Below are positions 42,820 through 55,429 of a DNA stretch of 64,000 nucleotides, piece by piece (position 1 is the stretch's first letter; every line of letters begins with the position of its first letter). Below the pieces are notes generated by a model that made no database searches, was not told the origin of the DNA, and saw only the letters and a list, made by a program, of their open reading frames with translations. Source of the stretch: Octopus vulgaris (taxonomy: Eukaryota). The DNA is taken from assembly GCA_951406725.2 (NCBI GenBank), contig OX597830.1:75268001-75332000 (forward strand), given 5' to 3'. Position numbers and translations under genes: made by a program.

Positions 42820-43072
42820 ATGCGCACCGCCTGTGACACGACACATGTCGGTAGTCAAGCTCCTGCCAAACACGTTGTAGCATGTCTTCTGTAACATTGT
42901 ACAGCACCTCAGTGATTTTTTGCTGAGTTCCTCTAAGCTTGTAGGAACAGGTGAGATGTAGACCAGTCCTTACACATAGCTCCATAGAATAAGATCACAA
43001 GGAGTCAAGTCAGTTGAATATGGTGGCCATTTGAACAAGGAATTATCGTTATCACTGGCATGCCTGATCCCA
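42820..43072 (-). pseudogene. Tc1/mariner-superfamily transposase C-terminal fragment
   Basis: - strand translation ..KWPPYSTDLTPCDLILWSYV*GLVY..DMLQRVWQELDYR..CRVTGGAH matches the WPPxSPDLTPCDFFLWGYVK-type motif. Confidence 0.8.
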
Positions 43073-43439
43073 ACGTAATTCGTTTTTACCTGTTGTTAAA
43101 AGTTGAGATCATTTGAGCGAGAATTGTCTATGCTATTAGACTACGAAATGCAGTCAATTTTGGGGGGATGGTGGTCATCCTGTATTGTACCTTTTACCGT
43201 TTGCATATTTCAGACATTAGACTACAGTTACGCAAGGGCACTGCCGTGAATGATTTTACTCGAGTAAATTGATCCTAGTAATTATGTTTCTTTAAGCCTG
43301 ATAATTATTCTCATGGCCGAGCCGCTAAGTTTCGGAGACGTAAATAAAACAACACTGGTTGTTATGCAGCGATGCATAACTAAGACAGTCGCACAAACAC
43401 ACGCACACTAATAGAAAGCGCTTACACACTAGGAAAAAC

Positions 43440-43796
43440 ATATTCGAACAAACAAAACATTTGGCCTTATTTGAGAATATTTACTTCATAATAAAGAGTA
43501 CAAATAAGTATAAAGTATAGATAATGCATAGAACAGTTATTGCAGATTAGTAACTTTTTTTACAGCTGTTTCTAGAATACCTTTAGAAGTGGATCATGTT
43601 AATTTGAAACGAATTCACGTAATCTAAGTATCCGATAGTCGGGGAGAACAGATCAGAAACGGCTGTGAGAGACTTTATTCATCTAAAATACCAATTCTAT
43701 GCTTTATATAATATATATAATTTCTTTGTACTTTTTAGTATAAAGCAAATTTTAAATATCCTCAAGTAACACCAAAAGTTTTGCTCGTCCGTATTC
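43440..43796. repeat. Diverged inverted repeat pair with HHR-like 3' halves at the inner ends
   Basis: 43440-43575 aligns with the reverse complement of 43655-43796. Inner ends read GAAAcagctgTA (-) and GAAAcggctgTG (+). Confidence 0.6.
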
Positions 43797-44227
43797 CATT
43801 ATTGATCAATGTATAACCACTGAATCAAGTACCACTTCTAGTCACCATGGATAGGCAATTTCAACAGTTCATTCCTATTTGTACTTGAAGCCGGAGTTTT
43901 AATGATAAACCAACCTAGGCACTCACTGTAAACCCCACTTAATATACGTCAATAGAGGTACAATACTTACATTTCTTCTATCTATGTATATATAAACATC
44001 AGAGATCTATAGAAAAGTCTCTTATATTTAATGCAGGGCTTGTGAAGTTAAATAAGTGGTAATGGTGGTTTCATATAGATAATGATTTATCATTCTTTAC
44101 TTAATTCAACAGAATCGTTGCTGTTTGCTGTTGAGATGTTTATCACTACACCATTGCAATCACCTGAAAATACACAAAATATATACATTAGGATATGTAT
44201 TTAACAATTAAATATATATATATATAT

Positions 44228-44283
44228 GCGGTGCCCCAGCATGGCCTCAGCCGGATGGCTGAAACAAGTAAAAGAGTAAAAGA

Positions 44284-44285
<2 letters not shown>
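44228..44285 (+). mobile_element. Isolated SINE A-type 3' tail inside (TA)n
   Basis: gcggtgccccagcatggcctcagccggatggctgaaacaagtaaaagagtaaaagag. Confidence 0.85.
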
Positions 44286-44354
<69 letters not shown>

Positions 44355-44380
44355 TGTGTGTTTATAAATATGTGTATATA

Positions 44381-44438
<58 letters not shown>

Positions 44439-44580
44439 TTTGAGGGAACTTACAGGGAAAAATTCAATTTAGAGATACTAAATCAAATTTCACAAAATAT
44501 AATATAATATATATATATAAATTAGAAAAAATTGACAAAAAGTGGTTTTCTAATTCATATACATACATACATACATACAT

Positions 44581-44648
<68 letters not shown>

Positions 44649-44897
44649 TGTGAAGCATGACTGTCAACACTACTACATGAACCCGAAGATTGCAGAATTC
44701 AATGCATGAAAGTACTAGTTCAATCAGAATGAATATTTAACATTCTACTATTTCATTTTATTTTATTCAATTATAATATATTATCTTATAATATATCATT
44801 ATAAGATTGTAAATAAAACGTGAAAATCAGACAAGGTTGGAATTCTTTTTATTAATATATTCTTCTATACACAATCACACACACCCATATATATATA

Positions 44898-44940
<43 letters not shown>

Positions 44941-44943
<3 letters not shown>

Positions 44944-45155
44944 CGGGAAGCTTTATGAAAATAAACAAAAGACGAAGGCAGGTGGAATACAAACAAACAA
45001 TTGTATTAGTATGGCGCTCAGGAATATAAATAAAACAAGTCTTTTACGTTTCGAGCCTACGCTCTTTAACAGAAAGATACACAGAAAAGAAACACGGAAA
45101 GAAACAAGGAGAGAAAAAAAATGCGTGCAGAAGCAAGCGAATCAACATGGCGATA
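44941..45155 (-). mobile_element. Penelope-like terminal fragment with degenerate HHR, abutting (TA)n
   Basis: - strand tcttt CTGTTAA a gagc-gtag-gctc GAAA cg TA aaaga. Stems are intact and the core is mutated. Confidence 0.6.
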
Positions 45156-45667
45156 TATTTATGCATATTTATCTGTATGTATGTATGTTTGTTTCTTTGT
45201 ATGATTTTTGCACAAATTTGAGTCGAACTAATGTCCAGAATCAGTTCACAGTATACGAAGGGAAATTTTAATCTAATGCTTGCTCGAGAGAAGAAAATAA
45301 TAACCCTTTATATATTGCGGGGACCTTAACAGTCGCAGAAATGAATCTTACCCAGGAGGGAAATCATCTCTGATGAAATAGCTAAAGTGCACACCATTCT
45401 GCGAACTTTCTATTGATGACGGACAAAATATTTGTTTGACATTGAACAAAAAAAAAATGGAAGACGTGAGCGACAACTGCAAGACAAAGATGGAAAGATA
45501 TTGGGACATGAAGAAAGAAAGGACCATGAAAGAGAATGATTTATGAATGTGAATTAATAATTAAACACGAAGAATTATGAAACGGAATCAGTTATGAAAG
45601 AGACGAATGAAAGAGGGAAACAAAGAAAGCGAGAAAGAAAGGAATAAAAAAATTGTATAAAAGAAAA

Positions 45668-45957
45668 TTTGTTCCTTCTCGAGCCACGCCTGGCTCATAA
45701 GGGCCGGTTTCTCGGTTTCCTTGGCGTATAGGTCCCCCACTTAGACGGGACGCCGGTCCGTCGTAGGTGAACTGTAAGATGCTGGAAGAAAGAGTGAGAG
45801 AAAGTTGTGGCGAAAGAGTCAGCAGAAGTTCGTCATTACTTTCTGCCGGAGCCGCGTGGAGCTTAGGTGTATCGCTCATAAACACACACATCGCCCGGTC
45901 TGTGATTCGAACCCGCGATCCTTCGAGTCCGCTGCTCGAACCACTAGGCCATGTGCC
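45668..45957 (-). mobile_element. tRNA-derived SINE family C
   Basis: - strand ggcacatggcctagtggtt..cgcgggttcgaatc (A and B boxes) followed by a unique body. Confidence 0.8.
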
Positions 45958-46077
45958 TTCACATAAAAGAAAATAGTAGATGAAAATATCTACATAGTAG
46001 TCACACGAAAACAAGGCAAACATAAAATTGAATGATGATAATGAAAAAGAAACGGGAAAAACTGTAATGATAATAAT

Positions 46078-46270
46078 GGTTTAAAATTTTAAGACAAGGC
46101 CAGCAAATTCAGCGGAGGCGGCAAGTAGATTACACTGACCCCAGTACACGTCTGGTACTTGATTTATCGCCCCCAAAATAATAAAAAGTAAAGTCAACCT
46201 CGGCGGAATTTGAAATCAGTTCATAAAGTCGGACGAAATGCCGCTAAGTATTTAGCTCGGCGTGTTAACA
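46078..46270 (-). mobile_element. SINE family B
   Basis: aaagtcaacctcggcggaatttgaa..gacgaaatgccgctaagtattt. Confidence 0.8.
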
Positions 46271-46380
46271 ATAGTATTAACAATACTACTAAGTCAGGTA
46301 GTAATTTTACCTTACTCCTTCTTAGTGCAAGTTTTGAAGAGTGCAGTTTGATGTAAACAGTTATTTTGTTCATAGCTATA

Positions 46381-46713
46381 ATGGAAGTGACAAATGAACA
46401 TATTCGGCATATTTTGCTTTATGAGTTCAATGAAGGCAACAATGCAATGGAAAGTGCGAGGAATATTAATGCAGTATATCGGATCAGGCAATAAGCATAA
46501 GTTAGTGTCAATGGTGGTTCCAGAGATTTCGAACCGAAAACTACATCCTAGCAGACAAGTCTCGTCCTGAAAGATCTGTAGAGCTCGACGAGAATGTCCT
46601 GCAAACTTTGGTGGAACAAAATCTCATCGTAACTGTTGAGGAACTAGCAGAGGAGTTTGGATATGGTAATCCAACCATTCATCGACTTCTGCGTGCCATC
46701 AGGGAAGTCGACA
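46381..46713 (+). pseudogene. N-terminal HTH fragment of a different mariner transposase
   Basis: MEVTNEHIRHILLYEFNEGNNAMESARNINAVY / [46 protein letters not shown]. Confidence 0.82.
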
Positions 46714-46719
46714 AAAAAA

Positions 46720-46727
46720 TATATATC

Positions 46728-46763
<36 letters not shown>

Positions 46764-46807
46764 GATAAAGATATACATATACACACACACATATATATAT
46801 ATATGCA

Positions 46808-46859
<52 letters not shown>

Positions 46860-46913
46860 TAGATGTGAGAGTGTGTGTGTGTTTGTGAGTGAGTGAGAGT
46901 ATGAACATGCATG

Positions 46914-46970
<57 letters not shown>

Positions 46971-46986
46971 CATATATATAGATATG

Positions 46987-47020
<34 letters not shown>

Positions 47021-47554
47021 GAAGATTAAGGAAAGGAAAAATCGTATGTGTAGACGAACTTTAATTCGATTCATAATCCAAGTTAATCCCAACCAGTCTT
47101 TATATTTAGAAACACAATTTTTTAAAATATTGTTTATCCTATTCTTTATATTATCAAATATTATAATGATATATGTGTGTATATATTTCGTCGTCTACGT
47201 GCATATGTGAGTGTATGTGACAGTGGGTGTATCTGTGTATATGTGTAAGTGCGTGAGCCTTTAGCTATATAACTATATATACATGTGTGCTTGTGCGTGT
47301 GTATACATATATATGTTTGTGTGAGAGATAGAGAAAGAGAGAGAGAGAGATGGGTGTGTGTGTGAGAGACAGATAGAGATAGAGATAGAGAGAGAAAGAG
47401 AGTGTGTGTGCGTGCGTGCGTGTGTGAATGTCTGTGTTGTGCCAATCATCTATCTCTCAAATTAATCTTTTGCCTAAGTTTTTCAATCCTCTGAAGACAT
47501 CTCTATCTTCTTTTTCCAAGCCTTTCTTCTTCCCCCGTTTCTCTTTCCCCCCCG

Positions 47555-47595
<41 letters not shown>

Positions 47596-47624
47596 TCACA
47601 AATTCATAGACGCTTATATATATG

Positions 47625-47662
<38 letters not shown>

Positions 47663-48324
47663 CATATATGTTTCTGTGTTTTCGTGCGTACGCGTTTTCG
47701 CGTGTGTGTAAGTGTGCATTGAAAGAGGGAGCGAGAGAGGAAAATAGATGTATAAGTGAATAAAGAGAGCGTAAAACAAAAGATCGCGCACTGCCATTGG
47801 CTCCGTTTCATTATTCTTACCTAAACACATGTCTTATCGGCAAAGCCATAAAAACACAACGAAACATTCCATATCGTGACCCTCTTTCTCCTTTCCCTCT
47901 TTTCTTACTCTTTTCTTCTCTTTGCTCTCTCCCATATTCTTTCTGTTTTTCTCTATCTCTCTGTTTTACTCTCTCTCTCTCTCTCTCTATGTTTCTCTCC
48001 GTTCCTTTTTAATATCTATTCTCTTTGATAGCTTTTTCTTTCTGATCCTTAGACATCGGGAGAGGCTTGCGGGTGCTTGGTTGGTTTTGTGGTGTGGGGT
48101 GCGGCGATTAGATAGATAAATAAATAAATAAATAAATAAATAAATGAATAAATATTGTACGAAAAGTGTGAGCAAGGAAGCTGCCACACACACACACACA
48201 CATACACACAAACACACATGTGCACACACACACGTGCATACACAGACATACACACGTATATACAATCATGTATATAAAGATATATATGCATATGTATATA
48301 TACATATATAATTCAGTATACGTG

Positions 48325-48394
<70 letters not shown>

Positions 48395-48999
48395 TGCATA
48401 CATACATACATACTCACACACACACATATATATATATATACTTCTGTATATATAATTGCATATATATATATATGCATGTATATATATATATATACACACA
48501 TACACAAATATACATATATAAATATATATATATATGTATATATATATGTATATATACATATATATATACTTATATATATATATATATATATATATATTAA
48601 CAGAGAGGGAGAGAGAGAACTTTAGTAAGGAAGAGATGGAGAGCCAGACAGAGATAGAGAGTAAGGAAACAGAAGTAAATTCGGACCCCTTTTATGAAGT
48701 CAATCTCGTGCTCAGTTACCATTGTATAAGGGGGAAGAATACGTCATTTTTTTTTTTGTCACCTTGCCTGTTGTTGTGGTTTCCCTTTATATTTTTTTGG
48801 CTATTGTTTCTGATGTTATTGTTGTTCCATATTATTGTTCTTGCTGTTGTTGTTGTTGTTGTTGTTGTCCCTGCTGTTTCTATTCTTGCCATCGATGTCG
48901 TTGTTGTGGCTGTTTCTCGTGTTAAAGCTTTCCTTTGTCTTACATTTTCTTCTCTTCTTCCTCACCTCATTTACTATTCCAAAGGTTTTTTCCCTTTAA

Positions 49000-49030
<31 letters not shown>

Positions 49031-49118
49031 CTTCTTCTTCTTCTTCTTCTTCTTCTTCTTCTTCTTCTTCTTTGTCGCTGTGGTCATCGCCGTCTTCATA
49101 GCCATCATCATCATCAAT

Positions 49119-49172
<54 letters not shown>

Positions 49173-49279
49173 TTCATCTTTTCCTAAGACTTCTTCATTT
49201 CGCTTGACAGCATCTTCTAGTACAATTAGAATTATAGTTAACAATAATTATATTGTCATCATATCATTAGCATTATTTA

Positions 49280-49355
<76 letters not shown>

Positions 49356-49365
49356 TATTATTATC

Positions 49366-49400
<35 letters not shown>

Positions 49401-49447
49401 CATTATTATCATTATTATTATTATTATTATTAATATTATTATTATTA

Positions 49448-49507
<60 letters not shown>

Positions 49508-49513
49508 CTGTTA

Positions 49514-49596
<83 letters not shown>

Positions 49597-49600
49597 GTTA
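46720..49600. repeat. (GATA)n, (TA)n, (CA)n, (CTT)n, (CAT)n and (ATT)n microsatellites with short unique islands
   Basis: Direct reading. Confidence 0.9.
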
Positions 49601-50277
49601 TAATTATTATTCGTCTTATCGTTTTCTTTGTCGAACAGCCGTCAGAACATTTGTCTTACAAGAGAAAAAAGTCTGTTGAGAGAAAAATATAAATAACAAA
49701 CCACATGAAACTACGAATAAAAGACTTTTGAACTACTTATTGTATGTTTGTATATATATATATTTTTTTTTTAATATTATTTTCATTATATGAATATTTA
49801 GTCATGGCAATATGTTATATAGCAAGCAAATTGTAAAACAATACAGCAAAAACACAGATGCACACAAACGTGTATACATACACACCTCAGATGTACGAAT
49901 GTAAGCTTTTGTTTTGATGTATGTAGAGTTCTGTCGGAGAAAGAAAGACCTAAAAAAACTACCTACGTCTCTGTTTGCTTATCGTTTCATTAACATTTTC
50001 ATATAAATTTTTGTCGGGTAAGTTACACCACGTGAGTAGGATAATTTTTGCTGTTGATGTTATTAGTTTAAGGTCAACTCAGATAAAATATTGACTATGA
50101 TATACGCAAGTAGTAGTTTGACTAATCCATCAATATTCCAGTGAGAGACATCTACTCAGTATTTTCTGCACAACTATAAAGTATATTTCTCTAATTAAGA
50201 CTTTATGTCGATATTTCAATGGGGAACTTTCCGTTATTTCTAGCATGTTAGGATCCACATAGCTTATCCCTGTTAGG

Positions 50278-50374
<97 letters not shown>

Positions 50375-50490
50375 ATGTATGTATGTATGTATGTATGTAT
50401 GTATATTAATATTAATGTTATGACAACAAAGGAATGAATGAGACCTCGATATTATGTAAATAGAAGAATTTATATCTAATATGATATGTG

Positions 50491-50652
50491 ACAATCATTC
50501 GGTTGCCATAATAGAACTCCGAGTTTCGGATGTCGGGGCGAAAATCTGCCCCGGCATCTCTTCAGTTATCAAGGCAACTGAAGAGATGCCGGGGCAGATT
50601 TCCGCCCCGACATCCGAAACTCGGAGTTTTATTATGGCAACCAAATGATTGT
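50491..50652. repeat. Near-perfect inverted repeat (77-bp arms, 8-bp spacer), each arm an HHR motif
   Basis: Arms 50491-50567 and 50576-50652 with 3 mismatches by eye. CTGAAGA at 50578 and GAAA at 50616. Confidence 0.9.
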
Positions 50653-50655
50653 TTC

Positions 50656-51317
50656 TGCAGAAACCGGTCCACGTGAGTCCAGATACTTAGATGTATGTTA
50701 GTAGATTGTCTTAAGTTGATTTTGCTTTCGTTTGATTTCTGTAGTTATCATCGGTGTATTTTTGGGCGATTTAAAAAGAGTTTTAACTCTTATTTCAAGC
50801 TGGTAGACATATTTACTCTGTCCTTTGATTAATTTTAATTCCTCGGCTATTTAATGCTATTTTTGGTCTGCTATCGCCTGTGTCATAGATTCTGTTTTTA
50901 AATCATAGATTATTTTTAAAATATTTACATTGGATAATAATAGAATTAATGACACATTCGTAAATTAATTTTTGAATTATTTTTCTCGTAAATTGTATCA
51001 AGATTATTTTACACTGGTGGCTGCTGTGATTTCGGTGCAAAACGATTCAGTTTCGGCACAGAATTCTAAACGATGGGTTGGGAATCTCTAATCATGGTAA
51101 CGCGTGCTGAAGAAGCTAAGGCTTATTTTGCCAATGCAGAAACCGGTCCACGTGAGACCAGATATTTAAATGTATGTTAGTAGATTGACTTAATCTGATT
51201 TTGCCTTCGTTTGACTTCTGTAGTTATCATCGGTGTATTTTTTAGCGTTTTATTAAGAGATTTTGACTGTTATTTCAAGCAGGTAGACATACTTACTATG
51301 TCCTTTGATTAATTTTA
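50656..51317 (+). mobile_element. Retrozyme-like non-coding tandem repeat (unit ~479 nt, 1.4 copies) delimited by HHR motifs
   Basis: 50656-50837 is repeated at 51135-51317, and both start with the HHR 3' half tgcaGAAAccggTCcacgtg. Confidence 0.7.
51101..51154 (+). ncRNA. Minimal type I hammerhead ribozyme motif with GUC cleavage site
   Basis: cgcgtg CTGAAGA agctaaggc-ttatttt-gccaatgca GAAA ccgg TC cacgtg. 6-bp stem I and palindromic stem III ACCGGT. Confidence 0.8.
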
Positions 51318-51339
51318 TATATATATACATACATACATG

Positions 51340-51372
<33 letters not shown>

Positions 51373-51458
51373 GCATATATATATCTATATATATATATGC
51401 ATATATATATGTATATATACATATACTTTATTTAAAGCAGCAGAAAATTCTACAAAAT

Positions 51459-51496
51459 CTGTTATTCTGAGTTTCCCGTTGCCGTTCATCGGACAG
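51459..51496 (-). ncRNA. Hammerhead-like motif (U4C core variant), slightly degenerate
   Basis: - strand ctgt CCGATGA acg-gcaa-cgg GAAA ctcagaa TA acag. Stem I ctgt/acag and a GNRA-capped stem II. Confidence 0.55.
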
Positions 51497-51524
51497 TTTT
51501 TGCTAGAATAATGTATATATATAT

Positions 51525-51975
51525 TTCTTTATTGCCCACAAGGAGCTAAACATAGAGGTGACAAACAAGGACTGACAAAGGGATTAAGTCAATTAAATTG
51601 ACCTCAGTGCGTAACTGGTATTTAATTAATCGACCCCGAAAGTATTAAAGGCAAAGTCGACCTCGGCGGAATTTGAGCTCAGAACGTAGCGGCAGAGGAA
51701 ATACCCATTTCTTTACTACCCAAAAGGGGCTAAACACAGAGAAGACAAACAAGGACAGACAAACAGATTAAGTCGATTATATCGACCCCAGTGCGTAACT
51801 GGTATTTATTTAATCGACCCCGAAAGGATGGAAGGCAAAGTCGATCTCGGCGGAATTTGAACTTAGAGCGTAGAGGCAGACGAAATATCGCTGAGCATTT
51901 CGCCCGGTGTGCTAACGATTCTGCCAGACGAAATACGGCTACGCATTTCACCCGGCGTTCTACCAGCTCACCACC
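51525..51975 (-). mobile_element. Two tandem SINE family B copies
   Basis: Reverse complements of the 56234 copy at 51525-51700 and 51708-51975. Confidence 0.88.
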
Positions 51976-52752
51976 TTCTATACGATAATGTTATTTCATT
52001 TTCTGACTAATAAATATACTCGCAAGATTTAGGTTCGTCCGGCGCTATAGAAGAAAAGATTTACTTAAGGCGCAACACAGTGAGACCCAACCCAGAACAA
52101 TGAGGTTGGAAAACAAACTTCTTACAACACCAGTGGCTGAAAGTAACATCCACAGTTCTTAATAGAATTGTCATGCGCCCGTGTTCTCCGCCTGTGATTC
52201 AGATATTAAAAATACGCAACTAAATTTTAAGTTCTCTGTTCCAATTACGGTGTTGTCTACCTTTGATTCTTACACTCAGAATTCGATAAAACATATAAAA
52301 TATATATATCTGCTTTTATTGTTGTTGATGTTGTTGTTGTTGTTGTGGTTGTTTCAGTCTCTGTAGCTCGATCGATGTGACCTATGTTCAAAAGAATTCC
52401 AATTAGCACAGTTCTGTTTTACTCTCTTAATAATAAAAAAAAAGCTGCGGAGGTGTCATTTGAGAGAGATTTAGCTGGTGTCTCTGGTTTATAAAACATC
52501 TGTACATATGCTCCCACATTTGCATCAATATCTATTCGCTAGTATTGTTATTCCTGGTTTTTATCCCCGAGTAAGACTCATGTCCCCAAAAATTATTCCA
52601 ATAGTGGCAATCTCACCCTTTTTAAATATATCTAAACCCACTATCTCAAGTACTCATTCTTTTTAATGAAAAAGCGTATATTCAAGAGATGACTTGACTG
52701 ATATTTCTAGCAAAGAACCATCCTTGGTGGCGCATATACATGTAACAGTCAA

Positions 52753-52981
52753 GGCGCCGAGCTGGCAGAAAGGTTAGCGCGCCGGGCGAAATGCTTAGCA
52801 GTATTTCGTCTGTCGTTACGTTCTGAGTTCAAATTCCGCAGAAGTCGACTTTGCCTTTCATCCTTTCGGGGTCGATAAATAAAGTTCCACATTCGCACTG
52901 GGATCAATGTAATCGACTTAATCCCTTCGTCTGTCCTTATTTGTCCCCTCTATATTTAGCTCCTTGTGGACAATAAAGAAA
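52753..52981 (+). mobile_element. SINE family B, full length with TSD
   Basis: ggcgccgagctggcagaaag..gagttcaaattcc..ctttcatcctttcggggtcgataaa, with atgtaacagtca duplicated on both flanks. Confidence 0.92.
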
Positions 52982-54219
52982 TATATATGTAACAGTCATA
53001 TAATAAGGATGATCAGTCGTTTGTACTATCTTACTCTATAAAATGTGTTGCTCTCGACTCGTCAATACAAAAATCTATAATATTGAGCTAGCCAATTTAG
53101 AGTTTGTGAGGGTTTTAAAAGAACACAAGAAAGCAAGAAAGGGGTGGATATCTCCACGGTGCAGTGGTCATTAAAATAAAGAACTACACACATTAAAATG
53201 CTTCAAACTGGATTGAAGTAGGGAAAATACGTGTGGGTTGATAGAAGCATGGAGGCGGGAAAAATATTTCAGTGCAGTCAGCCGGCAAGTTATGACAAGC
53301 AATGTAACGTTTTATCAAACAGGAGGAAAAAATTATTTCCCAAAAAGTACAATAAAAAAAAAGATACAGTTAGGCCTAATCGATTTGTTTAACCCAATCG
53401 TATTACGTCCTCTAGTATTGATTTATTGGTTAGTAGTTTTATCCTCGAGATTTTGTTGTTTGTTTTTTAGTATGATGTATGATATAATATAGTCGACTAA
53501 GTTGACCTCGGTGTATACATTTACTGAACCAGATTGTTGTACATTGACTAATTATTTTAACCTCTATGAGATGAAAAGATAAACATGAAACTGGTTCGGA
53601 TTTGATCTCAAAAGCAGAAGGAACCATGCTGGATACTGTAAAAAAAAACATAAACAAAAGCACATATAAAAAACAAATGGCTTTATTTTCCATCCGCTGC
53701 ATAAAATCCAACATTACCAAACTGGCCACTAATAAACATTTTTATTCAATTATTTTTATCGACTGTAGATTCATGGGTGGCAAAGCCTACCCAGATGGGA
53801 TATGAACTCGAAAAATATATGCGGCACCAAAGTGGATGCTGCAGAGGCTTTATTGCGGCTATCATCCGTCTGTGGTAATACCCTTGCTTCTCATGAACGA
53901 TAGAGTATTAAATCAAAAGGTAATGCTTGTTTTCATTGAAGCAAACATGCCAAGAATGGTGGTTGTATTCGTACCCAGGTCAAAGAAAAGAGAGATTTTG
54001 CACATAAGGAAGAAATCAATATGGGGAAATAAATTGCAAGAAATACGATTAACAGAATGAAGTTTCAGTTCTTGAGCGAAGCTATTTCGATTTCTTTGAA
54101 TGGCCCGTTGGACAAATGCGAGTGAACCGCTACGCTGTAACTTGAGCGCTCTTGACTAAATCACATTCCCAAATTCACTGTCTTAAAATCTTAGGAATAC
54201 ATTGGGAACTACGTACACA

Positions 54220-54403
54220 CTTGGGGTAGTGAGTTAGTCGATTACATTGATCCCACTGCTCAACTGGTACTTATTTTATATCGACCTTGAAAGAATAAAA
54301 TGCAAAGGCAGCCTCGGTGGAATTTGAACCCGTAACGTAAAGATGGCTGAAATGTTGCTAATTATTTTGCCCGGTTTGCTAATGATTCTGCCAGCTCACT
54401 GCC
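54220..54403 (-). mobile_element. SINE family B, diverged
   Basis: cctcggtggaatttgaacc..gctaatgattctgccagctcactgcc. Confidence 0.8.
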
Positions 54404-54839
54404 TTATTCCTATACACCATATTAAAATAGAATGGTCACAGCGTGAACGTATTTGGCGATAAGTATATTGGACAATGGCTGACCAGAGACAAAAAGCGAC
54501 AGCAATGTACTTCTGAAAGATATGATATAGTTTTAATCGGCTAGAGATAACAGCCAAATGATTTCTCTGTTTGAACCATTGTAATGTGGGTCATCTTGTC
54601 AAAGATTATGATTTAGCAAACTATGCTTGGCATGTCCTGTGCTAGTTCTACGACTTGTACTGAATTTTTCATACACAAAGAAAATCTAACTGCGTAGTGA
54701 GAAATTATGTTCGTAAGAAAAATACTTACAGGTTTATATTTTAATTTTTATAACCGGCTTTCATTATTTTAGTTCAACTTAAACGTTTTGCTTTTTCTTT
54801 CTTAACTCCAAGCTGGTCCTAATTAAATGTTTTGTAATT

Positions 54840-55380
54840 TATACTTATATTAGTCACTGGACTGCGGACATGAAGGAACACTGTTTTGGATAGATTATTC
54901 TAACAAATTGGCCCCGGCTCTCATTGTATGTCTGGCACGTAATCTACAGGAACCGTTTTGCTAAACCGCAACGTAACAGAGATGCCAAAATAATAAACAA
55001 ACAAATAAATAAATAAATAAATAAACCGACACCAGTTGTAAAGAGGTGGAGAACAAACACGGAAACGAACATTCATAATCAAACACTCACACAAACATAC
55101 ACACACGCACGCACACACGTAATGCACACAAACGCTGACACATATATATGTTCTGTATTTTACCTGTAACAGTCATTAGACTGCAGCCTGGCTGGGGCAC
55201 AGCTTCGAAAGGCCCAGGAGAAAATGCAGCGCCCGCCAATACACATTTACTGTCTTTCTGGGGTTTTTTTTTCTTTAAGTCGGTTATTTATTGATTTCAG
55301 TCGCATATGTCGAACCGCTGCACAAAGTGGATGTAAGCAAACCAATTATGGTGGTCGATGAGGACTAACACAAATGCAAA
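54840..55380 (-). mobile_element. Two very degenerate SINE family A 3' halves
   Basis: tagtcactggactgcggacatg.. and cagtcattagactgcagcctggctggggcac. Confidence 0.55.
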
Positions 55381-55384
55381 GATA

Positions 55385-55429
<45 letters not shown>

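Noticed and set aside
53769-53905. Open stretch containing ICG...VC, reminiscent of an insulin B chain
   Set aside because: Cys spacing is wrong, and there is no signal peptide or A chain.
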